A DNA stretch of 64,000 nt, taken from assembly GCA_034669905.1 (NCBI GenBank), contig JAXMOL010000021.1, positions 1 through 64,000 of the forward strand. The letters run 5' to 3'. The DNA comes from Candidatus Hydrogenedentota bacterium. Lineage in GTDB: Bacteria > Hydrogenedentota > Hydrogenedentia > Hydrogenedentales > JAEUWI01. Shown here piece after piece: positions 19,529 through 29,620 of the stretch (position 1 is its first letter; the number at the start of each line of letters is the position of its first letter). Both the position numbers and the translations under genes were made by a program. A model generated the notes under the pieces. It was not told the origin of the DNA, did no database searches, and saw nothing but the letters and a program-made list of their open reading frames with translations.

Positions 19529-20125
19529 CTATGCGGACAGCAGCTCCTGTAGACCGCCGACAATCATTTCGACGCCAATGGCACCCACAAAGAGGGCCAT
19601 CATCCGCATCAAGACGCCGAAATACTTCGCGAGGCGCGTTTCCTGACGCCCTTCCCGTTGGCTGAAGAGGCCATAGGCGAAGAGTACGAAGGCCATGTTG
19701 GTGGCGAGGACGCCAAAGATCAGTCCAAAGGCGACCGGGACAGCATAGATCTGGCCCATGAGAATGCTTACCCAAAGCATGCCGGGGCCGACCATGTAGG
19801 GGAGGGTGATGTTGGGCGCGAGGTCGGAAATGTCTCCACGGAACAGCACGGTGCTGCCCTCACCGGCTGTGATAAAGCGATAGGCCACATAGATGTTGAT
19901 GAGTCCGCCAAAGACCCGCAGTGAACCCAGCCGCACCTGAAATACCTGGTCCAGCAGCGGTTCGCCGAAGAGGGCAAAGATCGCGAAGATGAAAAAGGAA
20001 TAGATGGACGCCCGAAGGTGGACCCCCACAAAGGTCTTAAAATCCAGCCGATCAAACAATTCCCGGAGGTAGAGCGCCTGCGAAAAAGGGTTGAGCAGGA
20101 TTAACATGAGGGCAAATAAATTCAA
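19529..20125 (-). CDS. MarC family membrane protein
   Basis: About 6 TM; LNPFS, G..LL..F.V.L.SL.V.GG, P.MVGPG, RMMALFVGAIGVEMIV.G; 5 nt downstream of ehuA. Confidence 0.85.
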   Translation of the reverse strand: MNLFALMLILLNPFSQALYLRELFDRLDFKTFVGVHLRASIYSFFIFAIFALFGEPLLDQVFQVRLGSLRVFGGLINIYVAYRFITAGEGSTVLFRGDISDLAPNITLPYMVGPGMLWVSILMGQIYAVPVAFGLIFGVLATNMAFVLFAYGLFSQREGRQETRLAKYFGVLMRMMALFVGAIGVEMIVGGLQELLSA

Positions 20126-20130
20126 GGTGT

Positions 20131-20907
20131 CTAGGACTCCAATACGGCGTTTAAGAACTCCCGCGTACGGGGGTGGCTGGGATTCGTAAATATTTTCGAG
20201 GGGGCGTCCAGTTCCAATACCTGTCCATGATCCATAAAGGCGACCCGGTCGGAAATCTCCTGGGCAAAACGCATTTCATGGGTCACCAGGAGCATGGTCA
20301 TGTCTGTTTCGTGGGCAAGCTCCCGGAGGACACCGAGCACTTCGCCCACCAATTCGGGGTCGAGCGCCGAGGTGACCTCATCGAAGAGCATGACCTTCGG
20401 TTGCATGGCCAACGCGCGCGCGATGCCCACCCGCTGTTTCTGACCACCGGATAGTTGGTTGGGATGGGCGTCGAGCTTGTCACCGAGCCCAACCCGTTCG
20501 AGCAAGTCCTGGCCCCGGGCGTTGGCTTCGTCCCGAGTCAGTCCAAGCACCTGTTTGGGTGCCATGGCGACGTTTTGCAGGGCAGTCATATGGGGGAAGA
20601 GGTTGAAATGCTGAAAGACCATGCCGACCTGGGTGCGCATGGCCCGCAGGTGTTTCTTGTCGGCGGGCACGGTTTTTCCACCCCGCTCCATATGCCAGAG
20701 TCCCTTGCCCTCGATTTCAATCGTACCGGCGTTGGGCTTTTCCAGGGTCATGAGGATGCGCAGGAAAGTAGACTTCCCGGATCCACTTGGACCGATAATG
20801 GAGAGCTTTTCTCCGGGTTGGATGTCCATGTCAAACTGCTTCAGCACTTCATGGGTGCCGAAGCGTTTGCAAAGACCGCGAACCGATACGATGGGAGCCG
20901 TGCTCAT
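20131..20907 (-). CDS. ehuA: Ectoine/hydroxyectoine ABC transporter ATP-binding subunit
   Basis: [43 protein letters not shown]; ect context. Confidence 0.9.
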   Translation of the reverse strand: MSTAPIVSVRGLCKRFGTHEVLKQFDMDIQPGEKLSIIGPSGSGKSTFLRILMTLEKPNAGTIEIEGKGLWHMERGGKTVPADKKHLRAMRTQVGMVFQHFNLFPHMTALQNVAMAPKQVLGLTRDEANARGQDLLERVGLGDKLDAHPNQLSGGQKQRVGIARALAMQPKVMLFDEVTSALDPELVGEVLGVLRELAHETDMTMLLVTHEMRFAQEISDRVAFMDHGQVLELDAPSKIFTNPSHPRTREFLNAVLES

Positions 20908-21569
20908 ACGTTAAGTTCCTTTAAATCAAAGCGTCGCTCTGCCCAGCGTACCGCCTGGGCGGCCAGAAGACTGAGGAGGAGGAAGAGGGCACCGACGATC
21001 GTCAGGGGTTCCAGATAACGAAAGGATTCGGAACCGATGATTTTGGCCGTCTGCAGCAACTCCAGCACGGTGATGGCAGAAAGCATGGGGGTATCCTTAA
21101 ACATGGCCACGAGATAATTGCCCATCACCGGAATGATGGGGGGGATTGCCTGCGGCATGATGATGCGCTGCCAGGTCTGGGTCGGACTGAGGTTTAGGGC
21201 CCGCGCCGCTTCCCACTGTCCCTTGGGGATGGACTCAATACCGGCCCGATATACTTCGGCCAGGTAGGCGCTGTAGTGGATGCCCAGGGCAAGTATTCCC
21301 GCCACCATGGGGGAGAGGCGTACGCCGAACTCGGGCAGCATGTAGAAGAGGAAGTAAATTTGTACCAGAATGGGGGTGCTCCGGATGAATTCCACCCCAT
21401 AGTGAGCCGTCCATGCAACGACGCGCCAGGGACTGCGGCGGAGGAGCACCCAGACCAGCCCCAGGGTGGCGGCGAGCGCCATGCCGAGAATGGTCGCGAG
21501 GAGGGTAATGCGGAGGGCCCAAAGGAGCTGAGGCAGGATGGACCATGCGAATGCCCAGTCAAAGGTCAT
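20904..21569 (-). CDS. ehuD: Ectoine/hydroxyectoine ABC transporter permease
   Basis: [37 protein letters not shown] overlap with ehuC. Confidence 0.9.
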   Translation of the reverse strand: MTFDWAFAWSILPQLLWALRITLLATILGMALAATLGLVWVLLRRSPWRVVAWTAHYGVEFIRSTPILVQIYFLFYMLPEFGVRLSPMVAGILALGIHYSAYLAEVYRAGIESIPKGQWEAARALNLSPTQTWQRIIMPQAIPPIIPVMGNYLVAMFKDTPMLSAITVLELLQTAKIIGSESFRYLEPLTIVGALFLLLSLLAAQAVRWAERRFDLKELNV

Positions 21570-22228
21570 GACAGCCCCTCCATGTGCCAACCCCGTTTCA
21601 ACCGTAGTTCCAGCCGTCGAACCAGCAGCGCCAGCAATTGGGCCAGCCCGAAATAAATGAGCAGGAGCATGGCAAAAATCTCGGCAGTCCGGAGATTTTC
21701 CGCCCGCAGGATCATGCCTTTGAAGGTCAGATCACTGAGGGTAATCAGGGAAACCAGGGCGGTCGTTTTCAACAGCTCAATGAGAAGGTTTCCGGCAGGG
21801 GGTAAAATCCGAACCAGGGCCTGGGGGAGTAGTACCAGCCGAAACTGCTGAAAGGCGCTCAGGTTGAGGGCCGTGCATGCTTCGGTCTGGCCACGATCGA
21901 TTGACTGAATGCCCCCCCGCACAATCTCAGCGCCATAGGCACCGATGTTGAGGCCGAGGACGAGAATCCCCGCCGCCATGGGGGCCAGATGAACGCCGAG
22001 CAGGGGAAGTCCGTAGAAGAACCAGAAGAGCTGTACCAGCGCCGAGGTGCCCCGAAAGATTTCGATGTAGGCGATGGCGGTCCAACGCACCGGCCACAAG
22101 GCACTGCGCTTTCCCAGACCACCGACCCACGCAAGGATACAGGCCAGTAATGCGCCGCCGAGGGTCAACTGAACGGTTACCCAAAAGCCCTCCAAGAGGG
22201 GCGGGATGAGATCGAAGGGTGCGGGCAT
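21566..22228 (-). CDS. ehuC: Ectoine/hydroxyectoine ABC transporter permease
   Basis: EIFRGTSALVQLFW, LGLNIGAYGAEIVRG, LLK.TALVSLITL.DL. Confidence 0.9.
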   Translation of the reverse strand: MPAPFDLIPPLLEGFWVTVQLTLGGALLACILAWVGGLGKRSALWPVRWTAIAYIEIFRGTSALVQLFWFFYGLPLLGVHLAPMAAGILVLGLNIGAYGAEIVRGGIQSIDRGQTEACTALNLSAFQQFRLVLLPQALVRILPPAGNLLIELLKTTALVSLITLSDLTFKGMILRAENLRTAEIFAMLLLIYFGLAQLLALLVRRLELRLKRGWHMEGLS

Positions 22229-22235
22229 GGACGAA

Positions 22236-23126
22236 TTACTCGGTGCACAAGTCGGCTGCCGTGATGTCGCCGGGAGCGTTGAGCTCGGTGAACCCGAAGG
22301 GACCTACGAGCGCCAGATGGGCCTCGGAACCGATGTAAGTATCCAGTACCCCGTTGACAGCAGCGACCAGTTCCGTATCGTCGGTTCGGAAGCCAAAGCC
22401 ACCGTAGCCGCGAACCGATGTGCCATCGATCACCGGGTCGGTGAAGGGCTCGGCGCGCTCGACATCATCCGCGCCGGTTTTTTTCAGGAGGTCCTGCACC
22501 GTCAGACTGGTGGCGGCGAAGGCGTCTACCCGGCCCGTTCGCACCCCGTCGAGTCCACTGACATTGTCGGGAAAGACAATGATGCGCCCGTCGGGAATGC
22601 CAAGTTTCTTTGCATAGCCATGTTCAACTGCTCCGGCCATGACGCCGATGGTCGCCGATTCGTGGGTCGCGATGGATTCGAAACTGTGGAGCGCCAGGGG
22701 GTTCCCTTTGGGCACCACGAAGGATTCGCCAATGGAGTAGGTGGGATTGGAGAATGCAATCTGACCGCAGCGCTCCGGCGTGATGTACATGCCGGCCGCG
22801 ATGATGTCAAAGCGGTCCGCCTGCAGTCCGGGTATGAGGGCGCCAAACTCCGTCAGGACACCTTCCACCTGGGAGACACCCAGCTCCGCCATGACATGCC
22901 GGAGGATCGCCGGTGCCTCGCCCGTCAATTCATTCTTGGCCGAGTCCATATAGGCATAGGGCGCCTCGTTGGCATAGCCGATGCGCACCACGCCTTCGCG
23001 TTGAATGCGGTCCAAGGTCGATTCGCCGGGTCGATTCGCAGAATTGGGCTGGCATGCGGACAGGGTGGCAAGCAGAATGCCAACAAGAACGAGCCGGTAT
23101 CGTAGGGCGCTATGGGTAAAATGCAT
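22236..23126 (-). CDS. ehuB: Ectoine/hydroxyectoine ABC transporter substrate-binding lipoprotein
   Basis: Lipobox LSAC; ANEAPYAY, FGALIPGL.A.RFD..AAGM.I.PERC. Confidence 0.92.
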   Translation of the reverse strand: MHFTHSALRYRLVLVGILLATLSACQPNSANRPGESTLDRIQREGVVRIGYANEAPYAYMDSAKNELTGEAPAILRHVMAELGVSQVEGVLTEFGALIPGLQADRFDIIAAGMYITPERCGQIAFSNPTYSIGESFVVPKGNPLALHSFESIATHESATIGVMAGAVEHGYAKKLGIPDGRIIVFPDNVSGLDGVRTGRVDAFAATSLTVQDLLKKTGADDVERAEPFTDPVIDGTSVRGYGGFGFRTDDTELVAAVNGVLDTYIGSEAHLALVGPFGFTELNAPGDITAADLCTE

Positions 23127-23137
23127 TGGGGGACAAT

Positions 23138-24079
23138 CTAGTTGGAGGAAGGGCTGTGGGATGAAAGGGTCTGAGTAATGTCGATGGGTTCCAGGGTTTC
23201 CGGTTCCCGATTGCCCAGATACCAGGGGCGCTGATAGGTCGCGCCGAACGGCTCTTCCAGCGTGTTGTTTACATCGTTGTACACGAAGACGGCGTTCTTT
23301 CGCGGGTAGGGGGTGATATTACAGTTCGAACCGTGCATCAGGTTCGAATCCGTCAGAAGGATGGAGCCAACCGGACCATTGGGCACGGCAATTCCGGCCT
23401 GATCGGTCAGCCACGTCAACTGCTCATCACTGGGAATCCCGTAGTCCTGGCGTTTCAAGGATTGCTGGTAATTGTTTTCTGGCGTACGGCCTGCGCACTG
23501 GCAAAAATACTTATGAGACCCTGGAATGACCATGAGCGGTCCGTTGTGCTCGTAACCGTCGGTCAGGGCGATCGAACAACTGATAGCCCGCATGTCGGGC
23601 ATACCATCTTCCGTGTGCCACGTTTCAAAGTCAGAGTGCCAGTAGTATTCTTTTCCCTGGAAGCCGGGTTTCAGGTTCAGGCGGGACTGATGGAGGTAGA
23701 CCGCATTTCCCATGAGCTGATGCACCATTTCCAGGATGCGCTTGTCACGACTTAAGTTAGCGAAGACCTCGCTTACCGTCTGTACCGCGAAAATCGATCG
23801 TGTCGCACCACTGGTAGGCTCCGTTACGGCGAGTTCGGATTGGCGCACTTCTTCGCTGACCCGGAGCCGTTCGGTTTCTTCTTCCAGCACTTTTACCGCC
23901 GTGCTGTCGTAGAACGAATCGAAAAAGAGATACCCGTCACGCTCATAGGCGCTCACCTGTTCGGCCGTGAGGGGGCCCTTTCGGGTCGCTGAATCATCAG
24001 CAATAACCGGGGTTTCCCGGGTTAGAATCTGCTCTGCGCCTTCGGTGCGGCTGGGATACTTGTCTTGTGCGGTTTTCAT
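23138..24079 (-). CDS. ectD: Ectoine hydroxylase
   Basis: Signature WHSDFETWHTEDGMP, HQSR.N.KPGF, MHGS..NITPYPR; AGGAG RBS before ATG 24079. Confidence 0.95.
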   Translation of the reverse strand: MKTAQDKYPSRTEGAEQILTRETPVIADDSATRKGPLTAEQVSAYERDGYLFFDSFYDSTAVKVLEEETERLRVSEEVRQSELAVTEPTSGATRSIFAVQTVSEVFANLSRDKRILEMVHQLMGNAVYLHQSRLNLKPGFQGKEYYWHSDFETWHTEDGMPDMRAISCSIALTDGYEHNGPLMVIPGSHKYFCQCAGRTPENNYQQSLKRQDYGIPSDEQLTWLTDQAGIAVPNGPVGSILLTDSNLMHGSNCNITPYPRKNAVFVYNDVNNTLEEPFGATYQRPWYLGNREPETLEPIDITQTLSSHSPSSN

Positions 24080-24101
24080 AGAGATGACGTTTTCGCTCCT
24101 T

Positions 24102-24515
24102 TTACCCTTGCCCGGATGCCGTGACGGGTTCATCTACCAATAAGGGGTAGGCACCGTCTTTATCATGGGTCTCCCGCCCGGTACAGGGCGGATTGAATAC
24201 GCACACCATCTTGAGGTTGGTGCGCGCCCGCAGGATGTGTTTGTCGTGATCGTTGAGGGCATACATGGTGCCGGCCGTGATGAGGTGTTTCTCGCCGGTG
24301 GCCAGATCTTCAATCTCGCCATCGCCCTCGATACACAGCACCGCTTCCTGGTGATTCTTGTACCACATATGGGTTTCGGTGCCGGCAAAGAGGGTCGTCA
24401 TATGAAACGAAAAGCCCATGCCATCGTCTGCCAGCAGCAGACGCATGCTCACCCAGGTCGATGCATTTACCTCGCGGTTGGTGCCGCGGATGTCGTCGAG
24501 ACTACGTACTATCAT
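24102..24515 (-). CDS. ectC: L-ectoine synthase
   Basis: MIVR.L, W.S.RLLL.DD.MGFSFH.T, YKNH.EAV.C..G.G, CVFNPP.TG.E.HD..G.YP. Confidence 0.97.
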   Translation of the reverse strand: MIVRSLDDIRGTNREVNASTWVSMRLLLADDGMGFSFHMTTLFAGTETHMWYKNHQEAVLCIEGDGEIEDLATGEKHLITAGTMYALNDHDKHILRARTNLKMVCVFNPPCTGRETHDKDGAYPLLVDEPVTASGQG

Positions 24516-24516
24516 G

Positions 24517-25842
24517 CTAACGTACTTCCAAGAGGTCGGTGGTCAGTTCGGGAAATCCTTCCAGGGCCGCATTGAGAGACGCCTCAAAGATATCGAGGCC
24601 ATCTTCCAGCGTGTTTACGTCGGTCGTCAGGGGGGGCAGAAACTTGACCACCTGATCGTTGGCGCCGCTGGTTTCCAGAATGAGCCCCCGCTTGAAGGCC
24701 TCGGCACAAATGGCGCCTGCCAGTTCGGCTGGCGCGCATTCGACGCCAAACACGAGGCCACGGCCACGTACTCCAACGATTCCGGGATACTCTTCGCGAA
24801 TCCGGTGGAGGTGTTTGCCCACGGTCCAGGACTTCTTGCGGATTTCCTTGGAAAAGGTACTGTTGGACCAGAAATGTTCGATGGTGGCCCGGGCCGTGAC
24901 GAAGGCCAGGTTGTTGCCGCGGAAAGTGCCGTTGTGCTGGCCCGGTTTCCACTGGTCAAACTTGGGTTTCATCAAGACGATCGAAAGGGGCAGGCCCACG
25001 CCGCTGAGGGACTTCGACAGGGTTACGATATCGGGGTCGATGCCGGCTTCCTCAAAGCTGAAGAAGGTGCCGGTACGGCCACAGCCCATCTGGATGTCGT
25101 CCATGATAAAGACGATGTCGTTGTCCTTGCAAAGGCGTTCCAGGCCGCGCAGCCATTCGTAGCTGGATTCGTTGACCCCACCTTCACCCTGGATAGATTC
25201 GACAATAACCGCGGCGGGCTTGTCCAGACCACTGCTGTTATCGATGAGCATTTTTTCAAAGTAGGCCAGCGTGTCCACGTGCTCGCCCATGTACCCGTCG
25301 TAGGGCATAAAGGTCGTTTGGTTGAGGTCCACGCCTGCCGCATCCCGGTAGTAGGAATTGCCGGTGGCCGCGACGGAGCCCAGGGTCATGCCGTGAAATC
25401 CGTTGGTAAAGGAAACCACATTGCTGCGTCCCGTTACGTTCCGCGCGATCTTGAGCGCGGCCTCCACGGCATTGGTGCCCGTCGGACCTGTGAACTGGAT
25501 CTTGTAATTCATTTCGCGGGGCTCAAGGATACGGCGCTGGAAGGTTTCCAGGAAGGCGCGCTTGGCCGTGGAATACATGTCGAGTCCGTGGATAACGCCG
25601 TCATCCATAATGTATTCCAGCATAGCCTTTTTGAGGATGGGATGGTTGTGCCCGTAGTTGAGCGTACCGGCTCCCGCAAGAAAATCGATGAACTCCTGGC
25701 CAGACTCGTCGGTGAGGGTGGAACCAGCACTCGTTTGAAAGACGGTGGGGAAGGAGCGGCAGTAGCCTCGAACTTCCGACTCTACCTTTTCAAAAATCGC
25801 TGTGTCGTTCGTAGTCTTAGTGTCACCGGGTTGGTCATTCAT
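24517..25842 (-). CDS. ectB: Diaminobutyrate--2-oxoglutarate transaminase
   Basis: [61 protein letters not shown]. Confidence 0.97.
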   Translation of the reverse strand: MNDQPGDTKTTNDTAIFEKVESEVRGYCRSFPTVFQTSAGSTLTDESGQEFIDFLAGAGTLNYGHNHPILKKAMLEYIMDDGVIHGLDMYSTAKRAFLETFQRRILEPREMNYKIQFTGPTGTNAVEAALKIARNVTGRSNVVSFTNGFHGMTLGSVAATGNSYYRDAAGVDLNQTTFMPYDGYMGEHVDTLAYFEKMLIDNSSGLDKPAAVIVESIQGEGGVNESSYEWLRGLERLCKDNDIVFIMDDIQMGCGRTGTFFSFEEAGIDPDIVTLSKSLSGVGLPLSIVLMKPKFDQWKPGQHNGTFRGNNLAFVTARATIEHFWSNSTFSKEIRKKSWTVGKHLHRIREEYPGIVGVRGRGLVFGVECAPAELAGAICAEAFKRGLILETSGANDQVVKFLPPLTTDVNTLEDGLDIFEASLNAALEGFPELTTDLLEVR

Positions 25843-26396
25843 TGTTCGTTAGTTTCCTTTTCTGTTGTGGCCGTTGTCAGGCCTATGCGATAGAGGTATT
25901 CCGCCTCGTGATCGTCTCCGCCAAAGTGCTGTTCCTCGAAATACGCGGTCCGCTCCAGAAGCAGATCGCGTTTGGCGGCAAAACGGCGGAAAAGCGCGTC
26001 GGAAGCCCTATTGGAGGGGGCGACCGTCGCTTCGAGGTGGCGTACCCCTTCGGGCACAAGTTGATCGACCAGCGTCTCCAACATCCGGGAACCCAAACCG
26101 AGTCCCCGACCGCGCTGGTCCACACCAATTTGCCAGACAAAGAGTGCGTCGGGTTTGGTGGGGGGGCGATAGCCGATAATGCATCCCAGCAGCCCTTGCG
26201 CATCCGCTGCAACGAGACAGGTCTCCGCGAAATGGGTGCAAAAGAGCAGATAAGCGTACGTCGTGTTGGGTTCCAGGGGGGCGCAGCGCTCGATGAGTTG
26301 CTTGAGTGCTGCGGCTTCGACCGGAAGGGGGTTTCTCAGAATGAGTGTGGACGACTCGGCAGCGAGGGCGTCTCCTGCAGATGATGTATTATTCAC
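25839..26396 (-). CDS. ectA: Diaminobutyrate acetyltransferase
   Basis: C.PL..N..YAYLL.C.HFAETC, LFVWQ, RG.GL, LE.T...N.AS..LF, H..E. GTG at 26396 chosen because the longer ORF runs through the promoter. Confidence 0.92.
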   Translation of the reverse strand: MNNTSSAGDALAAESSTLILRNPLPVEAAALKQLIERCAPLEPNTTYAYLLFCTHFAETCLVAADAQGLLGCIIGYRPPTKPDALFVWQIGVDQRGRGLGLGSRMLETLVDQLVPEGVRHLEATVAPSNRASDALFRRFAAKRDLLLERTAYFEEQHFGGDDHEAEYLYRIGLTTATTEKETNEQ

Positions 26397-26451
26397 GATA
26401 CGAAAGAGTCCTACACAAATGGTAACGATTAAAATGATTTCAATACGAACG

Positions 26452-26480
26452 ATTATACCAAGAATGATATGGGGATGCAA
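26452..26480 (-). promoter_or_regulatory. Sigma70-type promoter of the ect-ehu operon
   Basis: Minus strand TTGCAT-N17-TATAAT with an extended -10 TG, in the AT-rich gap ~55 nt upstream of ectA. Confidence 0.8.
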
Positions 26481-26520
26481 ATATGGGGGGTAAATAACGA
26501 CGTGGGACTAGGGGTGGGGG

Positions 26521-27090
26521 TTATTCCGTAGGATCGGAAGAGTGCTTCATCTGACCCAGATCCAGGATGGGGGCCGCATCGATGTCTTTCGCTTCCATCA
26601 GCTCTACGATGCGCTCCAAGGAGAGGGCGATTGCGGTCTGTTCCAATTCGGGAAGCCCTTGGAGGGCGTCCGCAAAAACGTCCTGCAACGGAGACGGCGC
26701 TGAGTCAACCAGCGCATGGGCTTTTTCCGTCGCCGTTACGTGAACGATGCGACGATCCTTGGTGCTCCGCTCGCGGGAAACCAGCGACTTGGCTTCCAGC
26801 CGGTCGAGGATACCGACCACGGTGCTGTTGCTGAGGTGCACATGTTTCCCGATTTCCGACGTGGTGAGGGGGCCTTGCTCGGTAACGCAAAGCAGGGTGA
26901 CCAGTTGGGGGCCGGTGATCTTGTGCTGGCTGGCGAGTTTTCGGGAGTGGATGTCGACGGCCTGAATAATGCGCCGGAGTGCGCGGAGGATCCGGAGGTC
27001 GAGACGGTTCAGTGCCGGGCGGGCAGCAGGATTCACAGCGGGGGGATGGGCGTTCACAGGCATGGGTGTCGGTATTTCTTCGGAGGGCAT
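26521..27090 (-). CDS. ectR: MarR-family regulator (EctR/CosR-like)
   Basis: LRRII.A.D.HS+.L....ITGPQL, T..GILDRLE.K.LV.R.RS..DRR, APSPLQ..F, SLERIV.LM.A..IDAAPIL; directly upstream of ectA. Confidence 0.8.
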   Translation of the reverse strand: MPSEEIPTPMPVNAHPPAVNPAARPALNRLDLRILRALRRIIQAVDIHSRKLASQHKITGPQLVTLLCVTEQGPLTTSEIGKHVHLSNSTVVGILDRLEAKSLVSRERSTKDRRIVHVTATEKAHALVDSAPSPLQDVFADALQGLPELEQTAIALSLERIVELMEAKDIDAAPILDLGQMKHSSDPTE

Positions 27091-27244
27091 GGGGGATCAA
27101 TCCTTGGTATCGTAACGAGGAGTATACCTGAGATCGGTGCCGTTCAGCCACATTTCCGCCTGCTTCATCTGGCTCGGGCGTAACGGTGGCACGCGATGTG
27201 CCCGGTATTTTCCAAGGTACGCACCGCCACTGGGACGTTCCCAT

Positions 27245-29620
27245 TCAGTGGGGGAGAACCTGGATCTCGTGGATTTCCCAGGGGTTTTCGCCGTCAGAAT
27301 CCGTCTGGACGATGCGAATCCACTGGGTGATGACGGGCGGAAACGCGATGGTTACGCGCCGCTCCGTTGCTTTTCCCGTGGCGACCGGCACCTGGGGTTT
27401 CGGCGTCTTGGCCTTAGTATTGGCGTCGGTCGACGGCGCGGGTGTTGGAGCGCCCACATATACCGCATATCCGCGGGGTAGTCTTTCCGGCGTCCGGGCA
27501 AAATCGATCACCAGGCCCTGAATGCTTGCCGGGCGATAGAGGTTAATCTCGACCCATTGCCCTTTTTCCTGACGGGAGCCACTGTGCCAGAAAGTTTTTT
27601 CATCCCCATCAATACTCCGGGGCGCGTCATCGCTGTTGACCGAAGCCGTGGCGGTGTAGAAGTTGCGCCGAATTTGCTCTGCAGTGATGGCGGCCTCATT
27701 TCGAAGTCCTTCTGTGTGGAGCAACTCCTCGGCGAAATCCAGGGCATGCTCGGAGGTTAACCGGGCAACTCCCGCGAGGAGGAGGCGAAGGGATTCCTGC
27801 TCGGTGCTCAACTCACGGGCCTTCCGATAATGGGCCAGCTTCGATGCCTCATCCATTGACGTGGAAGCTTCGAGCATTCGAAGGCAAGCCGTGATTGCGG
27901 CAGTCCTGGCGGCCGACGTGTCTGTTTGCTCCGCGAGGGCAAAGGCATCGGGGAGGGCCGCAGCACCGGGCCATGCCAGCAGGGCTTCTCGGGCAAACTG
28001 TTGCTCCAGGGAGTTGGAGGACGCCAAACTTGCACGGACCATGGGCAGAAGGCTGTCATCGCCCAACTGGCGGAATAGCTGGAGCAGCCCCCCTTTGGCC
28101 GCACTCGCCGTGGTGCTTTCATAGAGCGTGTGGAGCAACTCGGTGCGGGTGTCGTCTTCCGGGATGCGACGGAAGGCGGCCAGGAGCGCTTCTCCGGCCA
28201 CGGTGCGGGTGGCTTCATCCTGGGTTCTTTGGTAGGCCCCGTAAAGTTGGGCGACTTCCCCATCAGAAACGAGGGGGCCCAAGGCCCGGAAAGCGGCCTG
28301 CTGCACCGGGCCTTCATCGTGCAGGGCATAGTCCAGGAGCGTCGGAACGGCCCTGATGGCCCGGCGTTCCGCGAGAATCTCCATAATCGACGGCTGGAAT
28401 GCTACTGCTGTAGCGTCCAGCTCCCGCAGGAGGGCCCCGTTTACGCCCACGTCGGCCAATTGGAGGAGGCTCTGTCGGGCCCGTTTGGCCAGTTCTTCAT
28501 CCTCGCCAGCCATAAGGTCCAACAAGAGGGGCACATGGGTCTCGTTGCCGAGATGGCCCAGTGCGGAGGCGACGGCGTGCCGAACAGCAGTGTCGGGCTG
28601 GGAGGAAATGGCGAGGAGTGCGTCCAGTGCAGCCGGGTCTCCCCGGTCGGCGAGGGCATCAATCACCGCGAGTTGGGTTGCGCCCGATAATTCTGGCAAC
28701 AGGGACGCAACCGCAAGGGTGGTCTCGGTGCCGCTCATGGTGCGCAGGTGGCCGCAGGCTGCCGTGACCCAGGTCTCTTCGCCCCGGCGCAATGCATCGA
28801 TCAAGTGGGGGAGCGCCCCGTCTCCCTGGGTATCCACCAGACCCCGAAGGGCGGCCAATCGGACGGGCTCGGGGGGACCCGGGACCAACAGTTCCTGGAA
28901 GAGCCGGGAGGCGTCGATGACAAGGTTCGCCTGACGGAAAGTATCCGCACAGGCCAACAGGGCCTCAAAATATTCGGTCTGTGTGTTTTCGGGCAGTGCG
29001 CTTCGGGCCTGTTTCAGCGCCCCTTCGGCCTCCGTAGTTCCCAGTCGTCCCAGTCCAATGAGGGCCGCGACCACCACCGCCTCGTGATCATGTTGCAGCA
29101 ATTGGGCCAGCCGACGGGCAATATCAGGGCCTTGCCGACGGGCGAGGCTCGTGACCAGCCCGGCGGCGATGGGGCCTTCTACTTCTTCGATAGCCGTCCA
29201 CAGGGCTTCATCGGCCCGGGGCGAGGGGATGGCCTCCAGGGCGTAGCGGGCGGCATGGGAGAAACGTGGATTGAGGAGGAGGGGTAAGAGCTCGTCGATT
29301 TGCTCCTCACCGCCAATGAGATAGAGCTGTTGACAGACAAAAAGTCGGAAGGCATCGGAACTGCCGGGGTCGTCGAGGAGTGCCGCGAGCAGGTTCGCCA
29401 GCTCATTGCGGGGTTCGGGTTTCTGCTGAATGCGAACGACCTCGGCGTGAATGAATTCGAGGGCATCGCCGGATTCGCCATACTGAAAGCCCTGGGCACG
29501 GTTGATCGCCTGGGCCATGGTCGCGATGGTCGGGTTTTCTTCTTGGCCGCAGGCCCTCGGCGCAATGAGGCCCAGCAAGCCGGTGCTTAGGATGAGGGCG
29601 AGGCGTGTACAGGTGTGCAT
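27245..29620 (-). CDS. Exported HEAT-repeat protein with C-terminal F5/8 type C (discoidin/CBM32-like) domain
   Basis: Signal peptide; HEAT-like helical repeats; C-terminal IDGDEKTFWHS...QWVEI...RIVQT....WEIHEI. Confidence 0.85.
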   Translation of the reverse strand: MHTCTRLALILSTGLLGLIAPRACGQEENPTIATMAQAINRAQGFQYGESGDALEFIHAEVVRIQQKPEPRNELANLLAALLDDPGSSDAFRLFVCQQLYLIGGEEQIDELLPLLLNPRFSHAARYALEAIPSPRADEALWTAIEEVEGPIAAGLVTSLARRQGPDIARRLAQLLQHDHEAVVVAALIGLGRLGTTEAEGALKQARSALPENTQTEYFEALLACADTFRQANLVIDASRLFQELLVPGPPEPVRLAALRGLVDTQGDGALPHLIDALRRGEETWVTAACGHLRTMSGTETTLAVASLLPELSGATQLAVIDALADRGDPAALDALLAISSQPDTAVRHAVASALGHLGNETHVPLLLDLMAGEDEELAKRARQSLLQLADVGVNGALLRELDATAVAFQPSIMEILAERRAIRAVPTLLDYALHDEGPVQQAAFRALGPLVSDGEVAQLYGAYQRTQDEATRTVAGEALLAAFRRIPEDDTRTELLHTLYESTTASAAKGGLLQLFRQLGDDSLLPMVRASLASSNSLEQQFAREALLAWPGAAALPDAFALAEQTDTSAARTAAITACLRMLEASTSMDEASKLAHYRKARELSTEQESLRLLLAGVARLTSEHALDFAEELLHTEGLRNEAAITAEQIRRNFYTATASVNSDDAPRSIDGDEKTFWHSGSRQEKGQWVEINLYRPASIQGLVIDFARTPERLPRGYAVYVGAPTPAPSTDANTKAKTPKPQVPVATGKATERRVTIAFPPVITQWIRIVQTDSDGENPWEIHEIQVLPH

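Noticed and set aside
27187..27203. GG-N10-GC sigma54-like motif upstream of the MarR gene
   Set aside because: It is a short palindrome that fits both strands equally and lacks TTGC, so it cannot be distinguished from a hairpin.
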